NCBI GenBank assembly: GCA_038205935.1
Contig: JBBRBK010000018.1
Coordinates: 1 to 33,648 of the forward strand
Source: Campylobacterales bacterium
Lineage (GTDB): Bacteria; Campylobacterota; Campylobacteria; Campylobacterales; Sulfurimonadaceae
Length of the DNA: 33,648 nucleotides
Direction of reading: 5' to 3'
In this document: piece by piece, positions 9,769-18,542 of the stretch
Layout: each line of letters opens with the position of its first letter
Position numbering within the stretch: position 1 is the first letter of the stretch
Made by a program: the position numbers and the translations under genes
Notes under the pieces: generated by a model
Told to the model about the DNA's origin: nothing
The model's database searches: none
What the model saw: only the letters and a program-made list of their open reading frames with translations

Positions 9769-10233
9769 TCAATCTTTAATCGGGATGTAAACATAGCCTT
9801 CACTTTGTTTGTCTATAAGACCTATGGTTGCATTTGGAGTGATTTTCACATAATTATAAAGTGTTGTCTTATCTATATTATTGTGTTTCATACCACTTTC
9901 ACACATAAGAAATTCAACATTATTATTTTTAGCTAATGTCGCAAGTCTTTGACTTATCTCTTGGCTCTCTTTTGCAAGAGCTGTGTCTTTTTTGTATGGA
10001 GAAGCAGCCAAATCTTTGATAAAAAACTTATATGCATCTCCGTGTATCACGACCGCAACTTTTAGCTCTTCGAGTTTTCCCTCATAATAGCTTTTTTGAT
10101 TTGAGATCCCTGAGAGTACCTTTTGTTTAAAAACTTTTGTATCTCCCGTTGTCAGATCAAAAACAACTTTTTTAACGCCATCTTCTGCATACAAAAAACT
10201 GAGCATTGCAAGAAGGAGCAAAATCTTTTTCAT
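9769..10233 (-). CDS. Exported DsrE-family protein
   Basis: Sec signal peptide; KVVFD, VAVVIHGDA, VEFLMC (conserved Cys) and QSEGYVYI. Confidence 0.75.
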   Translation of the reverse strand: MKKILLLLAMLSFLYAEDGVKKVVFDLTTGDTKVFKQKVLSGISNQKSYYEGKLEELKVAVVIHGDAYKFFIKDLAASPYKKDTALAKESQEISQRLATLAKNNNVEFLMCESGMKHNNIDKTTLYNYVKITPNATIGLIDKQSEGYVYIPIKD

Positions 10234-11153
10234 TCTGTTACCTCTTTTAAAATAGCTTCAAATTCTTCTTGCCCTTTAAGCAAAGATTCTTTTGCTTCTT
10301 TATCATCCACTTTTGCACTGCTTAACCAGTTGTATACAGCAGGAAAACCTATGACGATTTTGTCTTCATTTTTCTTTTTATACACTATCGTTGTACAAGG
10401 TGCAAATGCTGCCGCTTCTGGTCTACTTTTGGCAACCGTATAGATAATTGGAAGTTTACAAATAGAGTAAGTTTCATAAAAATCATACGGATTTTCTTTG
10501 CCATCATCTTGGAAAACATCTGCATCATAATCCATAGAAGCCGCCATCACAAAGCCACGAGGAACGAAACCACCCTCTAAGCCCATCTCAAGTTGTTGTT
10601 TTGCATCTTTCCAGTCAGCACCGTCAAGTTTTAGTTCATACATCGTTGCAAGATTTCTACTCTCTTTTAATGAATCTTCACTAAGCGACTGTTTTGCATT
10701 TGGCATTGCTTCTTTGATAGCCTTAATTGCCAATGTTTCTCTTTCTTGAAGCATAGAATTATTTGCGATTCCTATGATCTTTGCTTCGGCTTCTGACGTC
10801 AATATGCTTACATGTAAGATTTTTTCATTTTTGTTTTGATAGATTCCAACACCCATTGGGATAAAGATACCAGCACGAGGAAACTGTTTTACAAGCGTAT
10901 TGTCTATTTTCGGATTAAACACCGTTAAAAGTGTAAACACTTTAAAATCACTACTTTGAAACTGTTTTGTAAAAGGTGTTGTCATCTCTGAGCGTATACC
11001 TGTCATGAAACCATTTTTATGGAATGTATCCTCTATTTTTTCAGGAGTTATAGCTCCATTTGCATTGTCTACATCAAAAAGATGTAAGTCACCAGCGGCC
11101 TGTAATGCTACACTCATAAAAAGCGCAACAATTATACTAACAATTTTTTTCAT
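10230..11153 (-). CDS. Exported tandem DUF302-like protein
   Basis: Signal peptide; two repeats ending PRAGIFIPMGVGIY and PEAAAFAPCTTIVY; YSICK Cys in the second repeat. Confidence 0.7.
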   Translation of the reverse strand: MKKIVSIIVALFMSVALQAAGDLHLFDVDNANGAITPEKIEDTFHKNGFMTGIRSEMTTPFTKQFQSSDFKVFTLLTVFNPKIDNTLVKQFPRAGIFIPMGVGIYQNKNEKILHVSILTSEAEAKIIGIANNSMLQERETLAIKAIKEAMPNAKQSLSEDSLKESRNLATMYELKLDGADWKDAKQQLEMGLEGGFVPRGFVMAASMDYDADVFQDDGKENPYDFYETYSICKLPIIYTVAKSRPEAAAFAPCTTIVYKKKNEDKIVIGFPAVYNWLSSAKVDDKEAKESLLKGQEEFEAILKEVTE

Positions 11154-11194
11154 TTCTTTTTCCTTTTTTTTTGGGTTTTTTTGGTTTATAAATA

Positions 11195-11629
11195 CTAAGG
11201 GACTATATAGACCCAGCCATCTTGAACTCTCTCGGTAACTTCGACGATCCCAGCGGTTACAATCTCAACACCATCGATGAGTTCCTCTTTTTTAATATGT
11301 TTCGTGTCCATAGTGTTGCCACAAGCGATAAACTTTACGTCATATTGCATCAGCGTATCAACTCTTGATGCAATCTCTTTGTTCTTTTTTAGTACGGCCT
11401 CGATACCATTGTAATAGGCAACAATCTCCATATTTACTTTCTCGGGTCCATAAAATTTTAGGACATTATTCGCGCTGCTGAGAATATGGTTGATTACTTC
11501 CGGATCTGCGCTATGGATAGAAAAAACAATTCTTCGAGGGTTATCAATCGATGGCAAAGGCTTTGCAAATACCGTATCCGCGTAAGCAAATACACTCAAA
11601 AGAAAAATTGAGATTAGAATTTTTATCAT
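11195..11629 (-). CDS. Exported DsrE-family protein
   Basis: Signal peptide; EIVAYYNGI, VKFIACGNTM and VTAGIVEVTERVQDGWVYIVP. Confidence 0.8.
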   Translation of the reverse strand: MIKILISIFLLSVFAYADTVFAKPLPSIDNPRRIVFSIHSADPEVINHILSSANNVLKFYGPEKVNMEIVAYYNGIEAVLKKNKEIASRVDTLMQYDVKFIACGNTMDTKHIKKEELIDGVEIVTAGIVEVTERVQDGWVYIVP

Positions 11630-12000
11630 TTGATGTTCCTTGTCAGATCTTTGAAATCTTCAATATTCCAAGATCCCGGTATCTTTTTGAGTATAGTGTG
11701 TTTTTCATCTACAAAATAAAAAGTTGGTGTAAATGAAGTCGTGAGTCCTAAAGGAAGTTTTTCATTGTCAAGATTAATTTTGACGGGAATAAACTTTTTT
11801 TCTAACCATGCACTCATCTCTTTATCTTCAAACACCGCTTTTTCCATGTTGACACAATAGTGACAGTTAGTTCGAACTACATCGATCATAATGGGCTTAT
11901 GTGAGCTTTTTTGCTCAAGTAGTCCGGCGTCATAACTTCTCCACTCTGTCGCACTAAGAGAAATTCCTACCAATAAAAGTAAAACAGATACCTTAGTCAT
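11626..12000 (-). CDS. Periplasmic thioredoxin-fold protein (SoxW-like)
   Basis: Signal peptide, CHYC active site, cis-Pro motif FTPTFYF. Confidence 0.8.
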   Translation of the reverse strand: MTKVSVLLLLVGISLSATEWRSYDAGLLEQKSSHKPIMIDVVRTNCHYCVNMEKAVFEDKEMSAWLEKKFIPVKINLDNEKLPLGLTTSFTPTFYFVDEKHTILKKIPGSWNIEDFKDLTRNIK

Positions 12001-12904
12001 TGTTCCATTCCATAGTTCTATAAGCTGTATCTATATTTTGTTTTTGCAGCGCATCATACAGGTGAACACTCTCATATGTAGGCATCTTGATGTTTGATAC
12101 AGCATCTTCGATATCTTTGCCATCTTCGATTGCTTTTGCTACTTTCGCTCTAAGTTCGACGAGATAGTTATATGTAAAATCAAGCGAAGTTGCATCAGTT
12201 TTACTGCCATGTCCACCTATAATATTTTTTAGATTCATCGCTTTGATCTGCTCAAGCTCTTTTATCCACTCTAAAATATTTCCATCTCGGAGTGATGGTA
12301 ATCGATTATTAAAAACGATATCGCCAACAAAAATTGTCGAGTAATCAGGTATGTAAACTAAAAGATCACTCGAAGTATGCGCTTTTTTATTTACACCGGT
12401 TATAATGATTTTTTTACCATCTACTATGAATGTTTTTTCTTTATCTACAAAAAGATTTGGAAATATTTGCGTTGTTTTTGCATACGCATCTTTACTGACA
12501 TTTCTTTGCATTCTTGTGATTTCAGCTTTTGTTTCATCTTGAAATTTGACTGAGCCTATGATGTTAACACCTAACTCTTTATAGTAGCCATTTCCAAGCC
12601 AGTGATCATCGTGGACATGCGTGTTAACAAGATATGAAATAGGGAGATTTTTTATCTCTTTTATCTTTGCATATGCTTGCTGCGCATATTGGTAGGTAGG
12701 ACCGCTATCTACAACAAGATAGCTGCTTCCCATGTTTACGAAACAAGAGTTGACCATATTTCCATTGTTGTGTTCATTGATCGCTTCTGGAGACCCAAAA
12801 AAGCAAAATGTAGTAGCATTTACTTTCACAGGCTTCAATTTATAATCGAATGCATGGAGAGAATGAAAAAAAATAATGCAAACCAAAAGAAATCTCATGA
12901 ACAT
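11993..12904 (-). CDS. Exported metallo-beta-lactamase-fold hydrolase (SoxH-like)
   Basis: Signal peptide; VVDSGP, THVHDDHWLGN (HxHxDH), AHTSSD, FVGDIVF and IIGGHG; sox context. Confidence 0.8.
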   Translation of the reverse strand: MFMRFLLVCIIFFHSLHAFDYKLKPVKVNATTFCFFGSPEAINEHNNGNMVNSCFVNMGSSYLVVDSGPTYQYAQQAYAKIKEIKNLPISYLVNTHVHDDHWLGNGYYKELGVNIIGSVKFQDETKAEITRMQRNVSKDAYAKTTQIFPNLFVDKEKTFIVDGKKIIITGVNKKAHTSSDLLVYIPDYSTIFVGDIVFNNRLPSLRDGNILEWIKELEQIKAMNLKNIIGGHGSKTDATSLDFTYNYLVELRAKVAKAIEDGKDIEDAVSNIKMPTYESVHLYDALQKQNIDTAYRTMEWNND

Positions 12905-12927
12905 AACCTTTATATATAGTTTAATCT

Positions 12928-12953
12928 AGGCAAAGAGATAAGCTCTCTTGCCC
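12928..12953 (-). terminator. Imperfect hairpin after the porin stop (weak terminator or mRNA-stabilising stem)
   Basis: Minus strand GGGCAAGAGAG-CTTAT-CTCTTTGCCT with one bulge; no clear U-tract. Confidence 0.4.
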
Positions 12954-12958
12954 TGTTT

Positions 12959-14488
12959 TTAGAATAGGTAGTTAATCTCGAAACGGTATTCATTGTATGA
13001 GTCTTTATTTATCCCAGGTGTTGAACTATAATGACTAAGTGTATCTGCACTAACAATTCCAACACGAAATTTTGCGTCTAAACCTTTTGCGATTTTTTGA
13101 CGAAGATCGATTTCTAGAACTTTGCTATCCGCTTGTACTCCGGCTGCTTGTTTTTTCTCATCAAAATCTTGAGCAGCGAAACGAACTAAAGTACTAAAAC
13201 CTTTTAAGATTTGTGCTTTTCCAAAATCATACCCAACCTCTGCCTCATATGTTTTTGTGTTTGCATACCAGTTGTATTGAGCCATTGCACGTGTATATCC
13301 GCCAGTTGGGAATCCTCTCCATGGAGCTACGATATCCGCATTATCCGCAACTTGAGAGTATGCAACCTGAACTTTTAAAGGACCTTGTTTGAGCACTAAA
13401 CGAGCCATACCCATTGAACCAGCCAAGCTGTGAACATCACCGGAATAGCCTTTATTTGCAGGAGTTGAACCATTATGATATATTCCAGATAAACTAGAAC
13501 CACCAACTGCACCACCGCCATTATCTATCTGTTGCATATAGCGTGCACCCGGAGTTAAAGAGAAGCCAGCTGGTAGTGCTATCTTATAGTTCAATTCTCC
13601 TGCGATATTTGACACGACCTCTGGTACGGCTGTGTAAGTAGCATCAATTTTAAGATTATCGATCGATTTATTATCTATATCTGCTACGAGAAGCTTGTGA
13701 TTTACATCTTTACCAGCAGCAACAAAATTCACATAACTCAAACCTTGGTGTGCTACGGAATCATCATTTCCATTCCAAGTTGCAGGGGAAGCTGCTGATG
13801 TTGAATCACTATATGTAATTACATCATGAAATGTTGTATGGTCACGTAGTTTTTCTGCTGTGAAGTATGCTCCGCGAATCGTTGTTTTTGGAATCTCTTT
13901 TGTTTCTACTGTAAAACCTTCAAATGTGTTTGGAATCATTTTTGTGTCATTTGAAGCTGTTAAAAGTGATTCAAAAATCTGGCGACCAGCTTTTACTGTT
14001 GTTTTTGAAATATCATATTGGAGATACGCTTGACCAAGAACAGCCATAAAGTAATCGCCACTAGTATAAGCGTCATAACGGCTGATAGTATCTTTTCCGC
14101 TTTTCATATATTTTAAATCAGCTTTATTATCTACACGCATCCCGACAAAAGGACTATCAGAGTAGTAAAAACCTGCAGTTGCACTTAGTCCTGCAAAAGG
14201 TGCTGTTTTATAAATAAGACTTCCGCCAAGACCAAGTTCACTATTGTTTTTAGTCTTACCAGCTATTTCATCTTTCCAATCATATTTAAATACATTCATA
14301 CGTAAACGACCGTAAAACATCCCTTTTGTAAAGGCATCGCTTAAGTTATCTACACTGCTTGGAAGTGTGTTGTATACCTCTTGCATACTATCTGTTAGAT
14401 CACGTTTTGCTTTTTCATCAGCAGCACTTGCCGAAGTAGCAAGTAGACATGCCAATGCCGCTGCTGCACTAAGTTTTAATAATTTCAT
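12959..14488 (-). CDS. OprD-family / Campylobacterota-type outer-membrane porin
   Basis: Start reassigned to 14488 (MKLLKLSAAAALACLLATSASA signal peptide, RBS AAGGG). GMFYGRLR, LGQAYLQY, KAGRQ and MIPNTFEG motifs; C-terminal EYRFEINYLF barrel signal. Confidence 0.8.
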   Translation of the reverse strand: MKLLKLSAAAALACLLATSASAADEKAKRDLTDSMQEVYNTLPSSVDNLSDAFTKGMFYGRLRMNVFKYDWKDEIAGKTKNNSELGLGGSLIYKTAPFAGLSATAGFYYSDSPFVGMRVDNKADLKYMKSGKDTISRYDAYTSGDYFMAVLGQAYLQYDISKTTVKAGRQIFESLLTASNDTKMIPNTFEGFTVETKEIPKTTIRGAYFTAEKLRDHTTFHDVITYSDSTSAASPATWNGNDDSVAHQGLSYVNFVAAGKDVNHKLLVADIDNKSIDNLKIDATYTAVPEVVSNIAGELNYKIALPAGFSLTPGARYMQQIDNGGGAVGGSSLSGIYHNGSTPANKGYSGDVHSLAGSMGMARLVLKQGPLKVQVAYSQVADNADIVAPWRGFPTGGYTRAMAQYNWYANTKTYEAEVGYDFGKAQILKGFSTLVRFAAQDFDEKKQAAGVQADSKVLEIDLRQKIAKGLDAKFRVGIVSADTLSHYSSTPGINKDSYNEYRFEINYLF

Positions 14489-14545
14489 TTCATTTCCCTT
14501 ATTTAATTCATTAAAAATGTCATAATATTTATGAACATATTTACA

Positions 14546-14575
14546 TGTAAGCAAAAGCCCTAACTTTTACTTACA
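14546..14575 (-). terminator. Hairpin immediately downstream of soxB
   Basis: Minus strand TGTAAGTAAAAG-TTAGGG-CTTTTGCTTACA, a 12-bp stem with one G:U pair; its arm overlaps a TTACATGTAA palindrome. Confidence 0.5.
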
Positions 14576-14580
14576 CAAGC

Positions 14581-16341
14581 CTACTTGCCTCGAGTCCCTT
14601 TTTCTGGACATCCGCAACTATAATCTACTATAGTCACGTTGCCCTTATTGCTGACATCTACGACTTTTTGTCTTTTTATATAATCTCTTGTCACATCATA
14701 CACAGGTCTAATCTTCTCTTTTTGAAGATTTGCTCCTGCGCTTTGCAAGTTCCCACCCCATGAAGAAACAATATAAGTTTTCTTCAGATCTATTGCTTTG
14801 CCACCAATTTTTAAGTTCGTGATACGTTTTCCAGCTTTGTTTGCAACGGCGATATCATACGTAGCCCCGCCAAGACGACTCATGTCACCACCTTGTTGAT
14901 AGAGTGGATTTGCATTGAAAACATTATCTGCGATATCTTCTAAAAGTGAAGCAATGTGCTGACCTTTTAACTCAAATGTATAAACATTTGGATACGTGAT
15001 ACCACACATCTCATAGACATTATCCATCAAGATATCATCACCGGCTAAGACAGTTGTTCCCCATCTATACCCAGGAGTAAAAGAGATGTCACATTTCATC
15101 TCATCGATGATCGCATCATTGATCAATTGATCAAAAGTCGAGAAGAATGTATCTCTTTTGTAAAGCATGTTTTTCGTTTTACCCAGTACTTCATTAAACT
15201 CTTTATCAAACGGTGCATAAAGTTCATTCACAAGTTTTACACCCGCTGGATCTGCTGGAATCATATTAGATGCCATTGGAACAAGCTTGTACTCATAACC
15301 TTTTACTTTTCCGTCTTTGATATCAACGTCAAGACGACCGATGTACTTCCCATGACTTCCTGCGATAACTATCACTGTTTTGTTTATCGTGATAGGTTGA
15401 GGCGAAGGATCATGTGTATGTCCGCTCAAGATAAAATCTATACCGTTCACTTGACGAGCGACTTCTTGATCTACACTAAAGCCATCATGTGATAAAAGAA
15501 CAACACAGTCAACTTTATGCTCATTTCTTAGTTCATCTACATATTTTTGAAGCGTGTCAAGTCTAAGACCAAAGCTCCATCCTTGAGTAAACTCTTTTGG
15601 ATTTGCTGTAGATGTAAATGGAAATGACTGACCGATAATACCGATCTTCGCTCCAGCTCTATCTTCGATAGTATAAGGTTTAAAGATCAACTCTTCAAAA
15701 TCATCTGCAAATGAATCATCGCCGACAATATTTTGAGAGATGAATTTTGCATTTAACATACCGATAAGTTCTTTTACTCTTGCTTTTCCATAAGTAAATT
15801 CCCAGTGACCAACCATAACATCAACACCAAGGTAATTTTGCGCTTTTACAATCGCTTCACCACCAGTTTTGAGTGCAACGCCGGTTCCCTGCCAAGTATC
15901 TCCAGAATCTAGGAAAAGTACATTCTCATGTCCTCGTTCAGTTCTTACATGGTCAAGATAAGTTTTTATATGAGCAATACCACCCATTTTTCCAAACTTT
16001 TTAGCCAAAACATCAAAATCCATATACGTATCGAAATATGCATCAAGGCTACTAGGCTCTAGTCCATAATGTTTTGAAAAAGCTTCACCACATAAAAACC
16101 CAGGTGTGCCTACAAGGTTTGGAGCCGAAATCAAAGTTGAAGGCTCTCTCCAGTATAACGGCTTAATATGAGCATGAAGGTCACACATATGAAGTAGTGT
16201 TACTTTTCCTTTTGCTTTAAAATCATACAAATCTTTTAACGATATATCAGCTGCAGATCTTGGAGCAGCGTAGCCATTACTAGCTACACCAAGACCAAAG
16301 ATCGCGGCAATGTGCATAAAATCTCTTCTTGAAATTTCCAT
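14581..16341 (-). CDS. soxB: Thiosulfohydrolase SoxB
   Basis: Tat signal SRRDF; 5'-nucleotidase-type motifs DLHAH, DSGDTWQG, GHWEF, LSHDG and SGHTHD; PGYRWG and QQGGDM. Confidence 0.95.
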   Translation of the reverse strand: MEISRRDFMHIAAIFGLGVASNGYAAPRSAADISLKDLYDFKAKGKVTLLHMCDLHAHIKPLYWREPSTLISAPNLVGTPGFLCGEAFSKHYGLEPSSLDAYFDTYMDFDVLAKKFGKMGGIAHIKTYLDHVRTERGHENVLFLDSGDTWQGTGVALKTGGEAIVKAQNYLGVDVMVGHWEFTYGKARVKELIGMLNAKFISQNIVGDDSFADDFEELIFKPYTIEDRAGAKIGIIGQSFPFTSTANPKEFTQGWSFGLRLDTLQKYVDELRNEHKVDCVVLLSHDGFSVDQEVARQVNGIDFILSGHTHDPSPQPITINKTVIVIAGSHGKYIGRLDVDIKDGKVKGYEYKLVPMASNMIPADPAGVKLVNELYAPFDKEFNEVLGKTKNMLYKRDTFFSTFDQLINDAIIDEMKCDISFTPGYRWGTTVLAGDDILMDNVYEMCGITYPNVYTFELKGQHIASLLEDIADNVFNANPLYQQGGDMSRLGGATYDIAVANKAGKRITNLKIGGKAIDLKKTYIVSSWGGNLQSAGANLQKEKIRPVYDVTRDYIKRQKVVDVSNKGNVTIVDYSCGCPEKGTRGK

Positions 16342-16350
16342 AGTCGCTTC

Positions 16351-17118
16351 CTATCTTTTTAATCCAGGAATCGCAATAGCTTTTCCCTTCGCTTTGTTAG
16401 TTACATACACTTCAAGACCTACCATTTCAGCTGATCCAAGAGGGATGACTGCTTGAAGAGCATTATTCATACACCCTTGAAAACGGTGTTGCATAGTGCT
16501 TAATGATGACTTTGTCATTCTGTAAGCCGGCCATGTTCCACCTGAGTTGTTTACACCTAAATCAGGAAGTGGCTGTGTTCTAAGAATAGAACCGATAACA
16601 TCAGGACTGTGACAGCTTAGACAAGATAATCCTCTGCCGCCTCTTTGAGTATTAAATGTTTTTTCTCCCAAAGCATAAGCATCTTTCATCTGCTGGTTCG
16701 CATTGACATCTATATTGATCTTTTCATCATTTGCTATCGATTTTGTATAAGCAACCATGTTAAACATCTTTGGATCTTTAAGAGCAAATGCTTTGTTGCC
16801 GTTTGTTACCATAAGCGCTTGCATAACCTGACCAAGACCAACTACCTTTTTAAAATCTGGTAAATATCTTGGAAATCCGGCAATGAATGCTGGAAGTTTA
16901 TCTTCGCTTACATGTAAGAACTTTGCAAGGCCAGCGTCACCGCCACCATACTTACTAAGAAGTTCTTTCCCATCTTGAACCATCATATCAGCAGGGTTTG
17001 CATCTAGTAAGTCTGCATACATTGCACGATCCGCATCACTCATAGCAAACTGTTCGCTAGCATATGAAAGTGATGTGAACAGAGCAAGACCTAGCGTTAT
17101 TTTTAATATTCTTTTCAT
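16351..17118 (-). CDS. soxA: Sulfur oxidation c-type cytochrome SoxA (monoheme)
   Basis: Single CLSCH heme motif, WPAYR, QHRFQGC active-site Cys, C-terminal PGLKR. Confidence 0.93.
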   Translation of the reverse strand: MKRILKITLGLALFTSLSYASEQFAMSDADRAMYADLLDANPADMMVQDGKELLSKYGGGDAGLAKFLHVSEDKLPAFIAGFPRYLPDFKKVVGLGQVMQALMVTNGNKAFALKDPKMFNMVAYTKSIANDEKINIDVNANQQMKDAYALGEKTFNTQRGGRGLSCLSCHSPDVIGSILRTQPLPDLGVNNSGGTWPAYRMTKSSLSTMQHRFQGCMNNALQAVIPLGSAEMVGLEVYVTNKAKGKAIAIPGLKR

Positions 17119-17121
17119 GGC

Positions 17122-17457
17122 TTAGCCTTTAGGCTTAATTTCAATGCTACTCTCATTTACTTCGCCAGTGCTATCAGTAAAAGTAACTTTCAGATTTCCT
17201 GCTCCATTTACTTTCATATAGATAGTAAATACAGGGTTCACTGATACAGATTCCCATACATTCATAGATGTGATGATCTTTCCATTGTAATCAAACTTCA
17301 CACTGTTAATGTATTTTGCAGGAACAAGTTGTCCTGTTTTTTTATCTTTACGCATACCAGTTTCCATCGGATGCATAACCATAAAGTCAACTTTTACGAT
17401 TTCGCCATCTGCGTAGCTCTTTGGTTTGATCTTAATTAATGCTTTTCTTTCTTCCAT
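17122..17457 (-). CDS. soxZ: Thiosulfate oxidation carrier protein SoxZ
   Basis: HPMETGMRKD and SVSVNP motifs; no signal peptide. Confidence 0.95.
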   Translation of the reverse strand: MEERKALIKIKPKSYADGEIVKVDFMVMHPMETGMRKDKKTGQLVPAKYINSVKFDYNGKIITSMNVWESVSVNPVFTIYMKVNGAGNLKVTFTDSTGEVNESSIEIKPKG

Positions 17458-17508
17458 AGTAAATCCTTTATTAGTTATTTTTTTGTAAATTTATGTTGGT
17501 TGATGCGA

Positions 17509-17973
17509 TCAACCACATCCACCGATTGTTACTTTAACACTTTGAGAATTAACCAAGAAAGAACCATCGCTCATCTCAACCAAAGCTGCTACTTCTTGTG
17601 TTCCGCCTAACTTAACGCGAGTTCCAAGTATAGCTTTTCCATTTGCCGGAGTAAGATGCATAGCAACACAACGGACATTATTGTTTTTTGTAGCAAATAT
17701 ATAAATTGCTTTGACATAATCACTTTCAGTCATTGGAGAATCAACTTCTACAGTTACCGGAACAACAGCTCCATTTTCAGCGATTTCTGGAACTTTTAAA
17801 TGTATTTTTTCTGACTTAACCGGTGTTTTTCCACCAGTAATAGTATCTATAGCCTGTTTGTACGAAAATGCACCTGGACCTTTTGGTGCGTCAGCGCCAA
17901 AACTCATAACCGGAATAACTGCACTCATAACAGCTGCAGCTCCTAATGTTTTCATAAAATCTCTTCTTTGCAT
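17509..17973 (-). CDS. soxY: Thiosulfate oxidation carrier protein SoxY
   Basis: Tat signal QRRDF; PEIAENGAVVPV; C-terminal VKVTIGGCG arm. Confidence 0.95.
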   Translation of the reverse strand: MQRRDFMKTLGAAAVMSAVIPVMSFGADAPKGPGAFSYKQAIDTITGGKTPVKSEKIHLKVPEIAENGAVVPVTVEVDSPMTESDYVKAIYIFATKNNNVRCVAMHLTPANGKAILGTRVKLGGTQEVAALVEMSDGSFLVNSQSVKVTIGGCG

Positions 17974-17990
17974 AATTAATTTCCCTTCTT

Positions 17991-18512
17991 TTATTTTGGA
18001 GATACAATATATGAAGCTATGTCACATATTTCTCTTTTATTGAATAATCCCGTTGTCAGGTTTATTGTCATGTGTGTATTTGGGTTGTCGATACGTGCAT
18101 CAGCAATTTTTTGGTATACAAATTGATCACTTCTTGCACCACTGTCAATAAAGTTCTTTTTGTAACCGTTTAGATCAGGACCAATATTTCCAGCACCTTT
18201 CGCGCCTTCAATATTATGACAAGCGATACAATTTCCATATTGCTTCTCTGAACCGTCACTATTTTTTTTACTTAATCCCTCTGGTGGAGTATCTTTTGTC
18301 TCACCGTTAAGATTATGAAAAATAAAAGCGCCTCTAGCGATTGCTTTTGGATCGCTCGAAATACAATCAGCAGGCATTGTATCTGCCTTTGCTGGGGCCA
18401 GTAGATCTTTTTGTATTATTGTACTTGCATTTGGACTTTCTATCATGCTGCTATAATCAACAGCAAATAAAGAACATCCAAGAAGTAATGATGCCATTAG
18501 GCTTGTTCTCAT
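17991..18512 (-). CDS. soxX: Sulfur oxidation c-type cytochrome SoxX
   Basis: GNCIACH heme motif, GNIGPDL, signal peptide, RBS AAGGAGG; first gene of soxXYZAB. Confidence 0.92.
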   Translation of the reverse strand: MRTSLMASLLLGCSLFAVDYSSMIESPNASTIIQKDLLAPAKADTMPADCISSDPKAIARGAFIFHNLNGETKDTPPEGLSKKNSDGSEKQYGNCIACHNIEGAKGAGNIGPDLNGYKKNFIDSGARSDQFVYQKIADARIDNPNTHMTINLTTGLFNKREICDIASYIVSPK

Positions 18513-18542
18513 TTTACTTCCTCCTTATTTTGATTCGAGGGT

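Noticed and set aside
11154..11187. Poly-T tracts between the dsrE and DUF302 genes as a phase-variation switch
   Set aside because: Intergenic A/T runs of 9 or fewer are common at this composition; Campylobacterota contingency loci are usually poly-G/C.
14489..14554. 22-aa N-terminal extension of the porin ORF
   Set aside because: It overlaps the post-soxB hairpin; the RBS and signal peptide fit a start at 14488.
14581..18512. Absence of soxCD as evidence for a truncated Sox pathway
   Set aside because: Sulfurimonas and Sulfurovum typically keep soxCDYZ in a separate cluster, so this cannot be judged from one window.
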